Assembly (NCBI GenBank): GCA_000320545.1
Contig: ADNK01002596.1
Span: 116,331-180,330, forward strand
Length of the DNA: 64,000 bases
Direction of reading: 5' to 3'
Origin: Bigelowiella natans CCMP2755
Taxonomy: Eukaryota; Protista; Cercozoa
How positions within the stretch are numbered: position 1 is the first letter of the stretch; every line of letters starts with the position of its first letter. The translations under genes and the position numbers were made by a program. Of the stretch, positions 52,451 through 64,000 are shown in pieces. The notes under the pieces were generated by a model. It was not told where the DNA came from and did not search any database. It worked only from the letters and a program-made list of their open reading frames with translations.

Positions 52451-54843
52451 TCACTATGATGCATCCCTTTACTAACTCTCCTCCGTCAACTTGTAAGAGT
52501 AATAATAATAACAATAATACCATTGTTATTAGGCCGTTCTTCATGTAAGAGCAATTGACGAGAACTTACATTATGATAATGAAGAACGGGGAGGAGGAGA
52601 CGCAGCAGCTGAAGTAATCGGGAGTACCAATGTAACTTCTCCAGCCGACGATACTACTACTACTGCTACTACCCGAGTAACGAAACCCTTAGGTTCCAGA
52701 CCCGTTGATGCTGCAGCAGCAGCAGCAGCAGCAGCAGAAAGGGACCAGAAATATAGCAACAACAACAACAACAAGAAGAAGAATATTGGTGGTGGTAGAG
52801 CAGATGTTGGTAGTAGTGGTGGCTTGAAACTACCGACGAGTCCTAAGCGGGCAAACAAAATGAGGCAGCAGCAGCAGCAGCAGCACATCCATAGCCGAAC
52901 TGGTGCTACTGCAGTATTGGGGTCCTCAATGAGGGGCTTTGAAGATAATGACCAGTAAGTTAAACAACATCTTATACAATACAGGCAACAAAATGCCAGT
53001 GGAAGCAGCAGCAGCAACATTAATCTTTAGCAAGAATAGCAACAACAGTAACAACATCTATCAAGAGATATAAACTTTTACCTCATTGTTGGTGATGAAA
53101 ATAATGCGACAGAACATTCTATGATTATGCTGTCTAGCGTATTCAAATGTTTGTCAATGTTTCGTGCCCAAATATTGAAAATTTAGAGAATTTTTGCAAT
53201 TTCAAATTACTCTTTATGCTACTGTTGTTAGTGTAATTGTTATTATAATTATCATCACTACTACTACTGCTACTACTACTAATTTATTTTATATTATAAA
53301 TATGGAAAGAATCTCTTGAGTATGTTCTTTTACAGATTCATGGAAGATTTATACGAAACACTGCTCGAGGCTGAAAATGCAATTACAGCCGAGAAGTCGC
53401 GTATACAACCGATTAAAGCGAATTTGAAGGTGAAGTGTAAAGGCGGCTACGGTGTATTTCATCCTTCTTGCCACCATCGTTAGAATTATCACCATAAATC
53501 TTCGAGCTACTTTAATCTACTATCAATCTAATACTAGTATGTGCAACAAATAATAAATTGTGGGTGGCTTAGGTGACAATCGATGTGCTCCTCAATCATG
53601 GCGCCGACATTGTGTTGGCATTCCGACTAGTTACGATGGATGTTTCCAACTGCATCGACATCGACGGCGAGGTGGCTGCTATCTCCCTTTCTTTCCTCCC
53701 CCCCCCCCCTTCTCCTCCTCTCTCTCTATTTATATGTCTATATATCTCCCTTCGAAATCAAAACCATAAGAAGAGGTACAGAAGAAGATAGAAGGATTAG
53801 GAAATGTGAGAGAGAGAGAGAGAATGAGATCTTCGAATGGAGGTAGAAGAAGAGTGGTGAGAGGAGTGGTTCTGCTGCTGGTTGTGTCGTCGTTGTGTTG
53901 TGTGTACTACTACAACAACATGTTGTGGTCGATAGTTTGAGGCAATAAACTCCAAGTTTAAAGCAATAGAAAAGGAGGCAGCAGAGTCCTACAAACTCAT
54001 TAATGATGCTGACATCTCCACCTTAGCGCGCACGTAAGACTGAATGCATTTTGAGAAAATAGAGAAAAGTAACAAAGAAGATATAGTTGCCTATGATAAT
54101 TAATATTATATTTATGACACATATCATACTAATCCTACTACCATCATTGTTGTAGTGGCTAAATAGTGAAGAAACGTAAGCTCAATAGAATACTTAACCA
54201 TATTCATTGCCAACTCCCACTCGAAGGTACACAAACCTGCAAAAGGGACATCGCGGTTTTACGCAAAGGGCCAACAATAGAAATAATACTAATGCCAACA
54301 ACGATCCTGACACCATGTCGCCGCTGGAATGGAACCATAGCCAGCGGTCGCCACTTATCCGAGAGGAACCTAATTCACCGCAGTTGGGTACCACTACTCA
54401 TGCTGGCGAGGTATGCCAATCGAAGAAGAAGAAGAAGAAGAAGAGAAAGACCTTATGTTGTGAATTAGAAATAATTAACACTGTTGTCACTGCTGCTGCT
54501 GCTACTACTGATGCAGCTACTACAAATCATGGCAGCAAGTGATTAACAATGGCGATGGTCATGATCAATCAATATATCTGGTACTATTAGGTGAAGCTCA
54601 TAGAACGCCTGATGAAGAACAAACAACACCAGGAGGATGTCGACGCGGTTGTGACTGCTATACAGGAGCGTCGGGAGGCAGTTTTCCGTACCAAGTTAGA
54701 CGACGACAGACAACATGCATGTGCTTCATTGATTGTAGCAGTAATTGTAATAGTAGTTCACATAATATACACATCAATATATTCAAATGCACCCGTCTAT
54801 CGCCCACGAACATAAACATAATGTGATTAAAATATATATAGGC

Positions 54844-54884
<41 letters not shown>

Positions 54885-55234
54885 CTAATATTGTTGTGTA
54901 CATCGAACTCAATAAAGCATCATATGAACAGATACAACCAAATCGTGATTACTGAGAAGTATAAAGCAACTATTGAGAAGGCAAAGTGGGGTGAGTTGTG
55001 GTGGTACTTGATCTTTCTCTGCCTTACGACGTATGTCGGAATTCACACCTCAAGTCGGAACAATAAGGCAAGCTTTTTAATGCGCGAAGGAGGTTCGTAT
55101 GTACGTACGTACTACTACATAATCACGACTACAACGCCATAAACGAAAGGAATTGAACGACGCAAATAGTACATGTTTATGTGACTATTGATCATTGCCC
55201 ATTCCTATCTTCATCGATTTACGATATTATATAA

Positions 55235-55267
<33 letters not shown>

Positions 55268-55307
55268 GTAATTATCACACATTACTCAACATATTTACTC
55301 AACCAAC

Positions 55308-55374
<67 letters not shown>

Positions 55375-55676
55375 TGTGTGTCTGTGTGTCTGTGTACATA
55401 TAACGTCATCCTTACACAGCGGTCTCCACACTGGTTGAGGACGAATTTTCAGAGCAAATTTCGATCTTAAAGCGCAATTTTCTTGAGATCGATTCAGTGG
55501 ACGAGTTTTATATGTGGGCAAAGGGGCCCTTCCTTGATGTATTCTACCCTGAACAACGTGACCAGTACTACGACGGTAACACGCTCAAGGACAGGACACC
55601 GACATATTTGGGGCAGGGTCGAGTGGTAGGCCTACCAAGATGGCGGCAGCAAAGGTGCTGGTGCTGGTGGTGCTTA

Positions 55677-55709
<33 letters not shown>

Positions 55710-58163
55710 AGACTATAACAAAACATACATCTATCCCAGTCGCCCTCACAGTAGCAAACATTATGGAAGCAAGTGAATATATTTGATGTTTCTTTCTTTC
55801 GAGTCTCCTAACAGAAGGCTCTGTTAATAATTTGTATCTCAACAACTAATTCTCCCTCATTCATTTATTTTTACATTAGATGGGATATCGTGGATTGTGA
55901 ATTGTATCCAAGCTATAAGGAGCTCGGAGACGTTTGTACGAAGGAAATTGATCGTTGGCCTTGGATTCCAGTCATGGAACATCACGGTTCAACCGAAATG
56001 TTTGGCAACAATTGGTTATACGAAGATCCTCCAGGGCCGTTTTCGTACTCATGGGCATCAGGCACTAGCCGGTGGTATCCAGGGGGGGGGTTCTCACAGG
56101 ACTTTCCCGACGTAACGAATACGACAATGGTGTATGAAGAGTCCACTAATTCAATGGTAAGCGCGGCGCGCGTGGCAGCCGCTGCTTTGGTCACGGAGCT
56201 CATGAATAAGACCTGGATTGACTCGATGACGCGCGTTGTCTTCGTCGAGTTCAACGTCTACAATGCCAATGAGGACCTGTGGTTAATAGGGCGCATGAAT
56301 GTTGAGTTTCCAAACACTGGAGGGATAAAGTCGAGTGCCAGTCTCGAAGTTCTCACAGGTATTCAAGTATTTGTTTTGTACGAGTTTTGTCCACCGATTA
56401 ATTGCAATATTATCTTAAATCTAATTGGGTTATTATGTGTTGTTATATTTGGGGCTGCTGTGTGTTGGGTGAAATACTATCAAACAAACAGAAATCTCAT
56501 GGCCATTCAAGCCCGAGTCTATCCATATTTGGGTACTAAAATTCGTGGTGCTTGTGTTCGCTCTTTGGAACTTTGTTCAATGGTGCGTGAACGCATGCTT
56601 CCTCAACGTTGGTGTGCGGCGAAGCAGGAATCTCAACATCGATAGCTTCTACAACGCTGTTGGAATGTTCATCAACGCTCTCTGGGCGCTAGTCATCCTT
56701 TCCCAGATTGGAATGATTCTCGCGACTAATTCGATTGATTTTGCGACTCAAAATAGCTTTATTGATATGACAGAGATCTCTTTCCTCAGTCAAGGGTAGA
56801 TGATAGAGTGAAGTAGTAGTGAGGTGGATGGTTAGCTTGGTTCTGCTATTGATGCTAATGATGATGCCGATAATGATGCTGACGGTGCTGCTGTGGCTTC
56901 TTTTCCTGATTACTACAGCATTTATTCATCATCACACCTTCCCATCATTAGCAACTAAAACTCTACTACTACCACTACTACTCTCCCTCACATAGGTACA
57001 CAAACTTCTTCTCGATGTTGCTCTTCTTACTATGGGTTTGTGCAGTTTTCTCAATGTCTTCTGTGTGTGTCTTGTGTGTGTGTGTATGTGTGTGCGGAGT
57101 ATTTAAGTTATCATCATTCTTCCTCCTTCGTGATTTATAATTATGCATCGTTGACGATGATCGATCAATCATAATGTCATTGATTGACGAGTAGTAACAA
57201 AATATACTGCTGCTGCTCTCTCCCTCTCTCTCTCTTTCAGGTAAAGCTGACAGACCACTGGTCTGTCCAACGGGAAATCTCGCGACTTGTTGTGATGATT
57301 ATGGTGCTGCTCCATGAGCTGCAGTATCTCCTCCTGTTCATGCTGATAATGTGGATTGCCTTCGCAACAGGCATCTTTGTCGCGTACGGCTACAGGTGGG
57401 AGGGTAGAGAAGAGAAGAAAAGCGAGGCGGGGGAAGAAATAGCGAGGGGGGTGGTGGAGAGAGAAAATGGACAAGATAGACTAAGAAAGAGATTTTTAGT
57501 CTTCGTCCTCGTCGTTCGACAGTGCACAGGAAAATATAGCAGCATCAACGCAGCATCTCTATTCGTCGTTTAGTTTCACTGCGATTCCTTCTATCATTTA
57601 GGAATAATCAGCACTCCCTATGGATTACTTCGCTATTAACAACAATTTCAAATGCATTTAATGGCGAGGATCTCCTCGATCAGCGTGATCAGTCTCCATT
57701 TATGGGTACAATCTATGGAGTCGCTGCACTCATCCTTGTCCTTCTTGTCCTCATGAATCTCGTCATCGCTATCCTTACTGCCGCGTACGAGAATGCAAGA
57801 GAGGAGGTCGGCGACGCTTTCTGGTATTAAGTTTGGAAAGTTCAGAAATGAGTACAAGGAAAGATGATCAGAGACGTGAGGAATATGTAGTAGTCATATA
57901 GTTCTCTTTCAAATAAGAGCACAATCTTTATAATTAAGTGCTCAACATTATCATTTTTATCATCGTTTTGTTTCAACCTTGGCTTTAGGGCGGGACATCA
58001 ATACCGACTTATACAGCAGTACACTAAAACGATGACAAGTAGTATTATTCATACGACGATGTTTATATAAGTGTACAGATAGTCATATAGTGGTGAGAGC
58101 TACGAGATATCATTTAGATACAAAATTAATTTTATATACATGTATATGTGTACATATTATATA

Positions 58164-58197
<34 letters not shown>

Positions 58198-58209
58198 GCT
58201 GTCTGTGAA

Positions 58210-58241
<32 letters not shown>

Positions 58242-59008
58242 AAATGGAAAGTATCTTAAAGCTAAATATGGGGAGACAAGGAGTGCATGTGTAATTTTGG
58301 CTGTTATCAATAAGGACCACCATGTTTATTTGGTGCTTCATTACCTCTTCCTCCTTAGGTACCAGCAAAGATAAAAATCATCAGCTACAGCAAGTCAAGG
58401 TTAGTGTCTACAAGGGGTAGACGTAGTTGTGCGCGCTGCAGAAATCTTGGAAAGATAGACGTGTTGTTTACAACCTATTTTCAGTGCCACTTGTGTCTGT
58501 GTGTTTGGGGGGGGGGGAGCGCAGTGACACAGGAATTTCAATTTGATCATTTTCATTCCTGTCCTTCTTATCAGAAAATGAAATTACGCTGCAACGAATG
58601 CTTACACAAAGTAGGAACAATCTACTTGACAACATCCTTGTGATTACTGCTAAGTATTCATTTTCCGTACGTATACCTCCTCTCGAGCTCTGACATTGTC
58701 ATCCTTCTTTGTTTGAGCAGCTTGTTCTTTCTCACCCATTGTTTGTGTCAACGGACTGTTTAACTCGTTGTGCTTTAGCTATATAATCTGGGGTGTACAT
58801 CGCGTATGAATTCACTGAATAATATTCCTCTGTCTGTCTTCTCAGGTTGTACAGTTAATTGGTCTTGTCATCTCTTCAATGTGGTCAACATGCTGCGGTT
58901 GCTGTCAGCCTACGGACACTTTTATGTAAGTAGTAAAATGATGGCTGACTGATAACGAGAAAATAGAAGAGGAAGATGATGAAGTGGGCTGTATGTTTGT
59001 GTGTGTGT

Positions 59009-59052
<44 letters not shown>

Positions 59053-60032
59053 AAGTCACTGCGGATGAAAGCCAGGATAGCCAGCTTTTGTATCATAAAT
59101 CTAAATATGCTCTACAAATCTTTCAAGTAGTGGCGTCGTTGAATTAATTGTTAGGAATTCGGACGATGATGATAGTCCCGGGGAAGGTAGAACCTCATAA
59201 TTAATTAATTTCTTGTCGTGATCATTATGATCTGTCATATGCAAAGATCTTCTCCGATTGTACGAAGATAGTTTCATGTTTGTTTTACGTTTTTTCACAG
59301 AAAACGATGATGAGAGAGGGGAAATCGATTTTGCCAAGAAGCGAAGAAGAAAGTAAAGAAAGAATATAAACATAACATAAGAGCAGAAATGTATTTCCAC
59401 TTTGTACATATATTATTTTTACCATATTTGCAAGATTCTTAGCATTTATAATATCATGTAGTTAAGTAGGAGAGGTGTAAAGCAGCATGGGAGTATTGCA
59501 TGTTTGGTGGTCATTCTCAGTTGCTTCTCTTACGCAAATCTTCTGCTATAATATGCAAAATAAAACTTCGACAAGGTCCGCCCTTGAGTTTACCTGCAGC
59601 TGACATTAATGCTTTTATGGGATCCCATTTTAAAATTACTTGTTCAGTTCGATCTTGGATGGTCTGAAGAGTACTGAGGATATAGATATAGAATACGTCG
59701 ACAAATTCAAATCGGTAATAATAGTTGTTCTAGCGTTTTCTATCCATCAGCTATAAAATAGCCTGATCAATGCATGTATAACATCCATTAGCCGACGTTT
59801 CTATGGGTGTATGTTCTCTTTCTCTCTCTCTCTCTTTCTCTTTCTCTTTCTCTTAGTTCGTGTGTGTATGATTTGCTATCATGCATCAAAAGAATGTTGT
59901 TTAGATAAAATTTACGGATTTACGATGCTGTTTGTTCGTCATCAGGGAATTTATGCGTCACCACATAATAGTGGGAAGGAAACAAAAAGGACATTTCATA
60001 CTTTCCGAGCAGAGGAAACCAAGGAAAGGTAG
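40222..60032 (+). CDS. Giant multidomain cation channel: acidic N-terminus - helical region - EF-like linker + SH2 - ankyrin repeats - polycystin-2 (TRPP/PKD2-like) channel
   Basis: More than 40 GT-AG exons join in consistent phase from ATG 40222 through the channel and TRP-box-like helix (~58020). The last C-terminal exons to stop 60030-60032 are less certain. See sub-features. Confidence 0.8.
44275..45412 (+). other. EF-hand-like linker + SH2 domain (Cbl-TKB/STAT/Dictyostelium Shk-like) within the giant gene
   Basis: EAGLFWWRFFG...LEVFCRALSLYL...KQTVD...DNIVSDNEFREFISRYGPL...DWFYPYDRQETVCLLKFG (exon ends 44816) / KQGRASREWVARLGWRHKNMAFVFS (44998-45073) / YMNHKDTAHTPV...LYEC...TMRHLILNIC (45262-45412). 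The betaB Arg position is conserved in WVAR. Confidence 0.65.
46628..52050 (+). other. Ankyrin-repeat region within the giant gene
   Basis: EGQTVIHELV, NDAGATPIERV, HGDTPILAAARANHQPMMKFLL, YGNCLLHFLAA, NAKGETPLSILL, DGEKNPLHYIASK, DAEGLTPLHVAAKANQLEIVDLMV, HDRTALFFAVEQGNWQICSLLL, DSQGKTALTVA. Confidence 0.9.
54932..58020 (+). other. Polycystin-2-like (PKD_channel, TOP domain + 6TM) region within the giant gene
   Basis: S1 ELWWYLIFLCL. TOP domain: FLEIDSVDEFYMWAKGPFLDVFY, VVGLPRWRQQR, YPGGGF, WIDSMTRVVFVEFNVYNANEDLW, VEFPNTGG. S4 LFLLWVKL; S5 YLLLFMLIMWIAFA; pore TISNAFNGED; S6 LMNLVIAILTAAYE; post-S6 DAFWAGHQYRLI. Confidence 0.92.
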
Positions 60033-60049
60033 AAGACAAATTTGAAATC

Positions 60050-60780
60050 ATGAAGCAGTAGAGCAGCTGGTTGAAATGTTGCAGTCATCATCAAAAATGA
60101 TGATTGTTAGCGTTCACTTTTGTCGAAGCATGCACATGACACTTGCTGTGTGTTGTTCACTTGCGAATGGTTTGGCGCCCACGCGCGGACGTTGCGATGC
60201 AATGCATTGTTGATGCAGTGCATGACGATTGATGAGCATGCTAGCATGCTGTGCAAGTCATGCTCTCCGATTTAGGCCATGATGCATGTTTGGACACTCC
60301 GCCTAGACTCAGTGAGCAAAAAGTAGCCACAAAAAAATGGCATCATGACAGCATGTGTGTGCATGCGCAGTTGTGTGGCATGCATGCTGTCTACTAGATC
60401 TAGCTACATGTGCGTGTGCATCGATCGATGTGCTGTTGCATTGCAATGTCGAAGTCTTCATCGCACATCGCATCGATGTACGAATGACAATGTGCACTAG
60501 CGATGCACGTACGTGCTAGCATGCTAGTCGTACACAGCAACCAGGACATTGCTCACATGCACATATGATGTGATCATCAGTGCCAGATCGAGTGGTTGCA
60601 CGTGCTAGCCATAGCTAGATAGCTAGATCTATGTGTACATAGAGATGTACATGTGGCAACATCGATCTGCTTGCATGCATGTATTCGATCGTCTATAGTC
60701 ATAGCGGCAGGCTGCGCAATGCAATGACATTTGTTTCACATTGTGTTGTTGTGGATGATGTCGTACGTAGTTCCGCACAC
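60050..60780. other. RY-alternation-rich spacer 3' of the channel gene
   Basis: Dense tgca/gcatgc/atcgat/gctagc words and no coherent exon. Confidence 0.55.
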
Positions 60781-60789
60781 ATGTGGCAT

Positions 60790-61887
60790 CATCACATGAA
60801 GCGCATTTTATGTTCCTTAGCCAGCCTCACTCCACACAAAGCGCTATTTGAAGACATCGCTGTGGACACGTGCAATGTCATCGACATGTCATTGTCATGG
60901 ATCAGACGACCTGCACAGATTAAAGATTGTGAATGTGTCATGATCAAATTGAGTATCTTCACTGCATGTAGTGCTAACAACGGCATTGAAATGCAACCCA
61001 CTTTCGGACATTTCATAAGGCTATTTCAAGCTCAAAAGTATATGCGATCCAATTCTCTCTATGTGATCCATGCCCATTTATTAAGGAGCCCTGAGGATAG
61101 GTCATCCATCACAAACTCTCTCGTGTTTGAATAGTCTGTCACTCAAGAGACATTGTGCCCCATTTTGAGATGATACTCACTGTGAAATTTGATGATCATA
61201 GAGGTTTATCATCCATACCAGAGAACTAGGAACACGACGAGCAGAAGGAGAAGCATCAGGCCTGCAACTTGTAATGGTGGAGTTCCAGAGCTTGTGCGGA
61301 AAATTCCAAAAGATGAATCAGTTGACTCAGATATTTGGCTCGAGCAGAGTGGGGATCGCGCATTTATCTTTGAAGAAATTTGATGGCAAAGTGTTGGAGC
61401 AGCATGCGCCTTTGAAAATGTTGTTCTCGCTGAGGCTGCCAAACTTAAGACCGCGGATCTTGTAGCGGCAGAAAACGCCATAGAACCGTGAAATTTACCT
61501 GGGGTACCGAGAGGCGTAATATTTATGTAGCCATTCCCACACTGAGAACTTGAACTGGCAAATGACTCCGTTGTTGTGAACTTCGGCCCTGATTTTAACG
61601 ATGAGATGAATTTGCATGTAAATTGAGTGGAGAGTTTATGAACCTGTCTCGCTTCGCTTGGTCTTTCTCAGATTCCTCTTAAGCTTATGTAGTACCCTTG
61701 AACTTGATCTGCCTGTGTGTACATCTTCATAGTGGTAATTACTTTCCGCATGCTGTTCCATTTTGATGCTGCTGGAGGGGCCTGCCGGAGTGCGTGGTTG
61801 TTGCCGTGCACACACACACACACACACACACACAGGATATGTTTCTTGCTTTTCGGCTGGAAGAAAAATACATAGAGGAAAACCCAA
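60790..61887 (-). CDS. Hypothetical Ser/Thr-rich protein (spliced)
   Basis: Exon QQPRTPAGP...KTKRSETG splices in phase 1 to GPKFTTTES...GSMAFSAATR...VFLVLW. Further possible exons lie at 60790-61140. No domain recognised. Confidence 0.4.
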
Positions 61888-62359
61888 GACTGAGATTCTG
61901 AGGCCTAAAATAAAAGCAACAATATTTGAGGAATCAACCTGGACCTAATGATAGAAATTATTCGTAGTTATATCGATAAAATATAATCTTTTGTCAATAG
62001 ATATTTTGCCGTACCCCAAAAACCGACCAGGAATCGTGACAACAGTGTGTTACTGACCGTTTTTTTGTTTCGATTTCTCGAGATTAGTTAGTTAGTTAGT
62101 TAGTTAATCTTTTCGCGCCCTTGACTTCCCAGCTAAGTTGTTACACCGAAGTGATTTTCATAGTGGATGTTGTCTCATAACGGACATTGCGAAAGTCAAA
62201 ACTTGCATGGCAAAACATAGCAAAATTTGTGACTTATAGGACTAATAAACTTTTTTCTTTTTTCATTGGATTTCTCCTTCTTCTTCAGAATCTTCTTAGT
62301 TCTACTAGTAACATGTTGCCTGATCTCATCACCACAACAATAACAACAACATTATCATC

Positions 62360-62414
<55 letters not shown>

Positions 62415-62779
62415 ACAACATAGAAGCGATACAGTACGAGCTACAGCATACCGCCATTTCCTGATTTCTAAAGATTTGCCCTCCACCACCAAGTCAAGGA
62501 CGCGAACAGAATAACTAACTAACTAACTAATTAACTAATTGCAATCAATTGTGCCACACCGAAGAGGCTAAGCATAGGTTACTCTCATTTAACTGGAACA
62601 GGTCCTTCACGCAGCGAGTTCCAACGAATCAGGGAAACCAATGGCTACTAAAAAGGTTAATTGAGTACAATTTATACGGTTGAATGAAATTGGATTGACT
62701 GTGGCAACTGGAAAAACTAAACTCTCTTTGCCAATTTCGCTCTAAGCCATAGGATTTGTGTCTGCACCTCATTATAAAC

Positions 62780-63443
62780 ATGGATTCAAGTTCATATGAT
62801 GTAAATAGGAGGTATACGAAAGACCCGGTTTGAGCCAAGATGAAATTGAGGAACTTAAAGAAGCTTTTGCCTTATTCGATCATGAGAATAAAGGCTCCAT
62901 CGATGGGAAGGAACTTAAATCCGCAATGGAAAGTCTGGCTACAAAAAGAAAAATAAGATGGTCCACCAGATGATTGAAAGTATTGATAAAGAGAAAAAGG
63001 AGATTACGTTTCCAGCGTTCCTGGACATGATGACAGCCAAGATTGTAATCATTCTAATAATTTCGCCATTCTCATCTTCTAGATTCTAACCTTCTGGCAT
63101 ATTCCATATTTCTACCATATTCCTGTTCTGTTTGCTTTTGTAAACGATATGTGTAAACAGAGTGATACAGATTCTAGAGACGACATCATGAAAGTGTTTC
63201 AGCTGTTTGATGAGGAGGACAAAGGCTATATTACAGTTGACAATCTTAAAAATGTAACTCGAGAATTGGGAGAAAATATGACAAAGGTCATTCTTGCACA
63301 TGTGATGATGCATCCCTCGCATTAACTCCATCATTTGGAATCAGGATGAACTTGCAGAAATGATCACACGAGCGGACACAGATGATGACGGAAAAGTTAG
63401 CTTTGAAGATTTCTATGCAATAATGACGAAGAAATCATACTAG
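62780..63443 (+). CDS. CETN: Centrin (caltractin), ICL1/alveolate centrin-like EF-hand protein; two apparent -1 frameshifts as assembled
   Basis: YERPGLSQDEIEELKEAFALFD...SIDGKELKSAMESL(G)YKKKNKMVHQMI...FLDMMTAKI (to 63044) / SDTDSRDDIMKVFQLFD...LGENMTK (63161-63286) / DELAEMITRADTDDDGKVSFEDFYAIMTKKSY* (63345-63443). Confidence 0.9.
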
Positions 63444-63779
63444 AGGCTAGGTACGCGTAACGCAGCCCAATTTGCATGCATGTACATCGATGTTTCTCTT
63501 CACACTGCATTGAGAATGCCTTCTCAATGCACATGACGCTTAACGCCCATCTCTGGTCTTGAACGCAAGCGGTCCATGTCGATCTAGATGTTGATTTGCA
63601 AAACAGTCGCATGCATTTGTCTCAAAGTTGCCGCTGTGCGAGCTTTTTGTGCTCCATTTTCATTGCATCCACCAAACGCAAATGAGAAGCCAGGTTGACG
63701 ACCAACCAAAACTGTTCATTGCACATAGCCGTGATCACGATCTTTCGCACACATGACATCATGGAAGAGGGAATCGTGA

Positions 63780-64000
63780 TTCGGGGTCAGGATTAAGGAC
63801 CAGAGTTCAAGGTTGGGCTTCAGGGATGAGGTTGATCAAGGTCGATCGTCAGAATTAACGGCTCGTCGGGGTTGGGGTCAGGGTTTCAGGGTCAGGATAG
63901 ACAGTCGGGGTTGGGGTCAGGGTTTCAGGGTCAGGGTCAGGGTTAGGGTTTCAGTTGGGGTTTCAGGGTCACGGTTGAAGTTAGGTTCAGGGTTAGGGTT
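63780..64000 (+). repeat. Degenerate telomeric/subtelomeric repeats (GGGTCA, GGGTTTCA, GGGTTG variants grading into GGGTTA)
   Basis: G-rich strand points toward the window end, which terminates in ...cagggttagggtt. A ~30 bp unit is duplicated (gtcggggttggggtcagggtttcagggtcagg) at ~63866 and ~63904. Confidence 0.85.

Noticed and set aside
52571-57857. Minus-strand ORFs 52571-53020, 55982-56254 and 57648-57857
   Set aside because: Antisense shadows of plus-strand exons of the channel gene.
1-64000. rRNA, tRNA, autonomous transposon or viral genes
   Set aside because: No recognisable rRNA or tRNA sequence and no RT, integrase, transposase, Rep/helicase or capsid motif seen by eye. tRNAscan, Infernal and RepeatMasker were not run.

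Overview
This is an intron-rich eukaryotic nuclear window that ends in degenerate (TTAGGG)n-type repeats, so it is probably a right chromosome end. The lineage cannot be determined from sequence alone. Candidate 19-21 nt introns together with TTAGGG repeats are weakly suggestive of a chlorarachniophyte/rhizarian-type protist (inference). I built gene models by hand by joining GT-AG exons in phase. Supported genes: (1) a tyrosine-kinase-type protein kinase with two C-terminal SH3/Tudor-like repeats (+, 3259-5122); (2) a DUG3/EgtC-like class II glutamine amidotransferase (-, 10868-15709); (3) an RNI-like LRR protein whose tail carries a 4E-BP-like eIF4E-binding module (+, 16490-22333); (4) a coiled-coil plus Tudor protein (+, ~25074-29613); (5) a synergin/aftiphilin-like acidic protein (-, 31129-38494); (6) a ~20 kb gene (+, 40222-60032) that appears to fuse an EF-like/SH2 module, ankyrin repeats and a complete polycystin-2 (TRPP) channel; (7) a centrin gene with two apparent 1-nt frameshifts (+, 62780-63443). 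Several weaker hypothetical genes are also listed. Non-coding highlights are a ~200 bp 10-bp-periodic GAAnnTTC array resembling a heat-shock element, purine/pyrimidine-alternating spacers placed 3' of genes, and introns saturated with microsatellites. Most short ORFs in the supplied track are microsatellite or antisense artefacts. No database searches were run.
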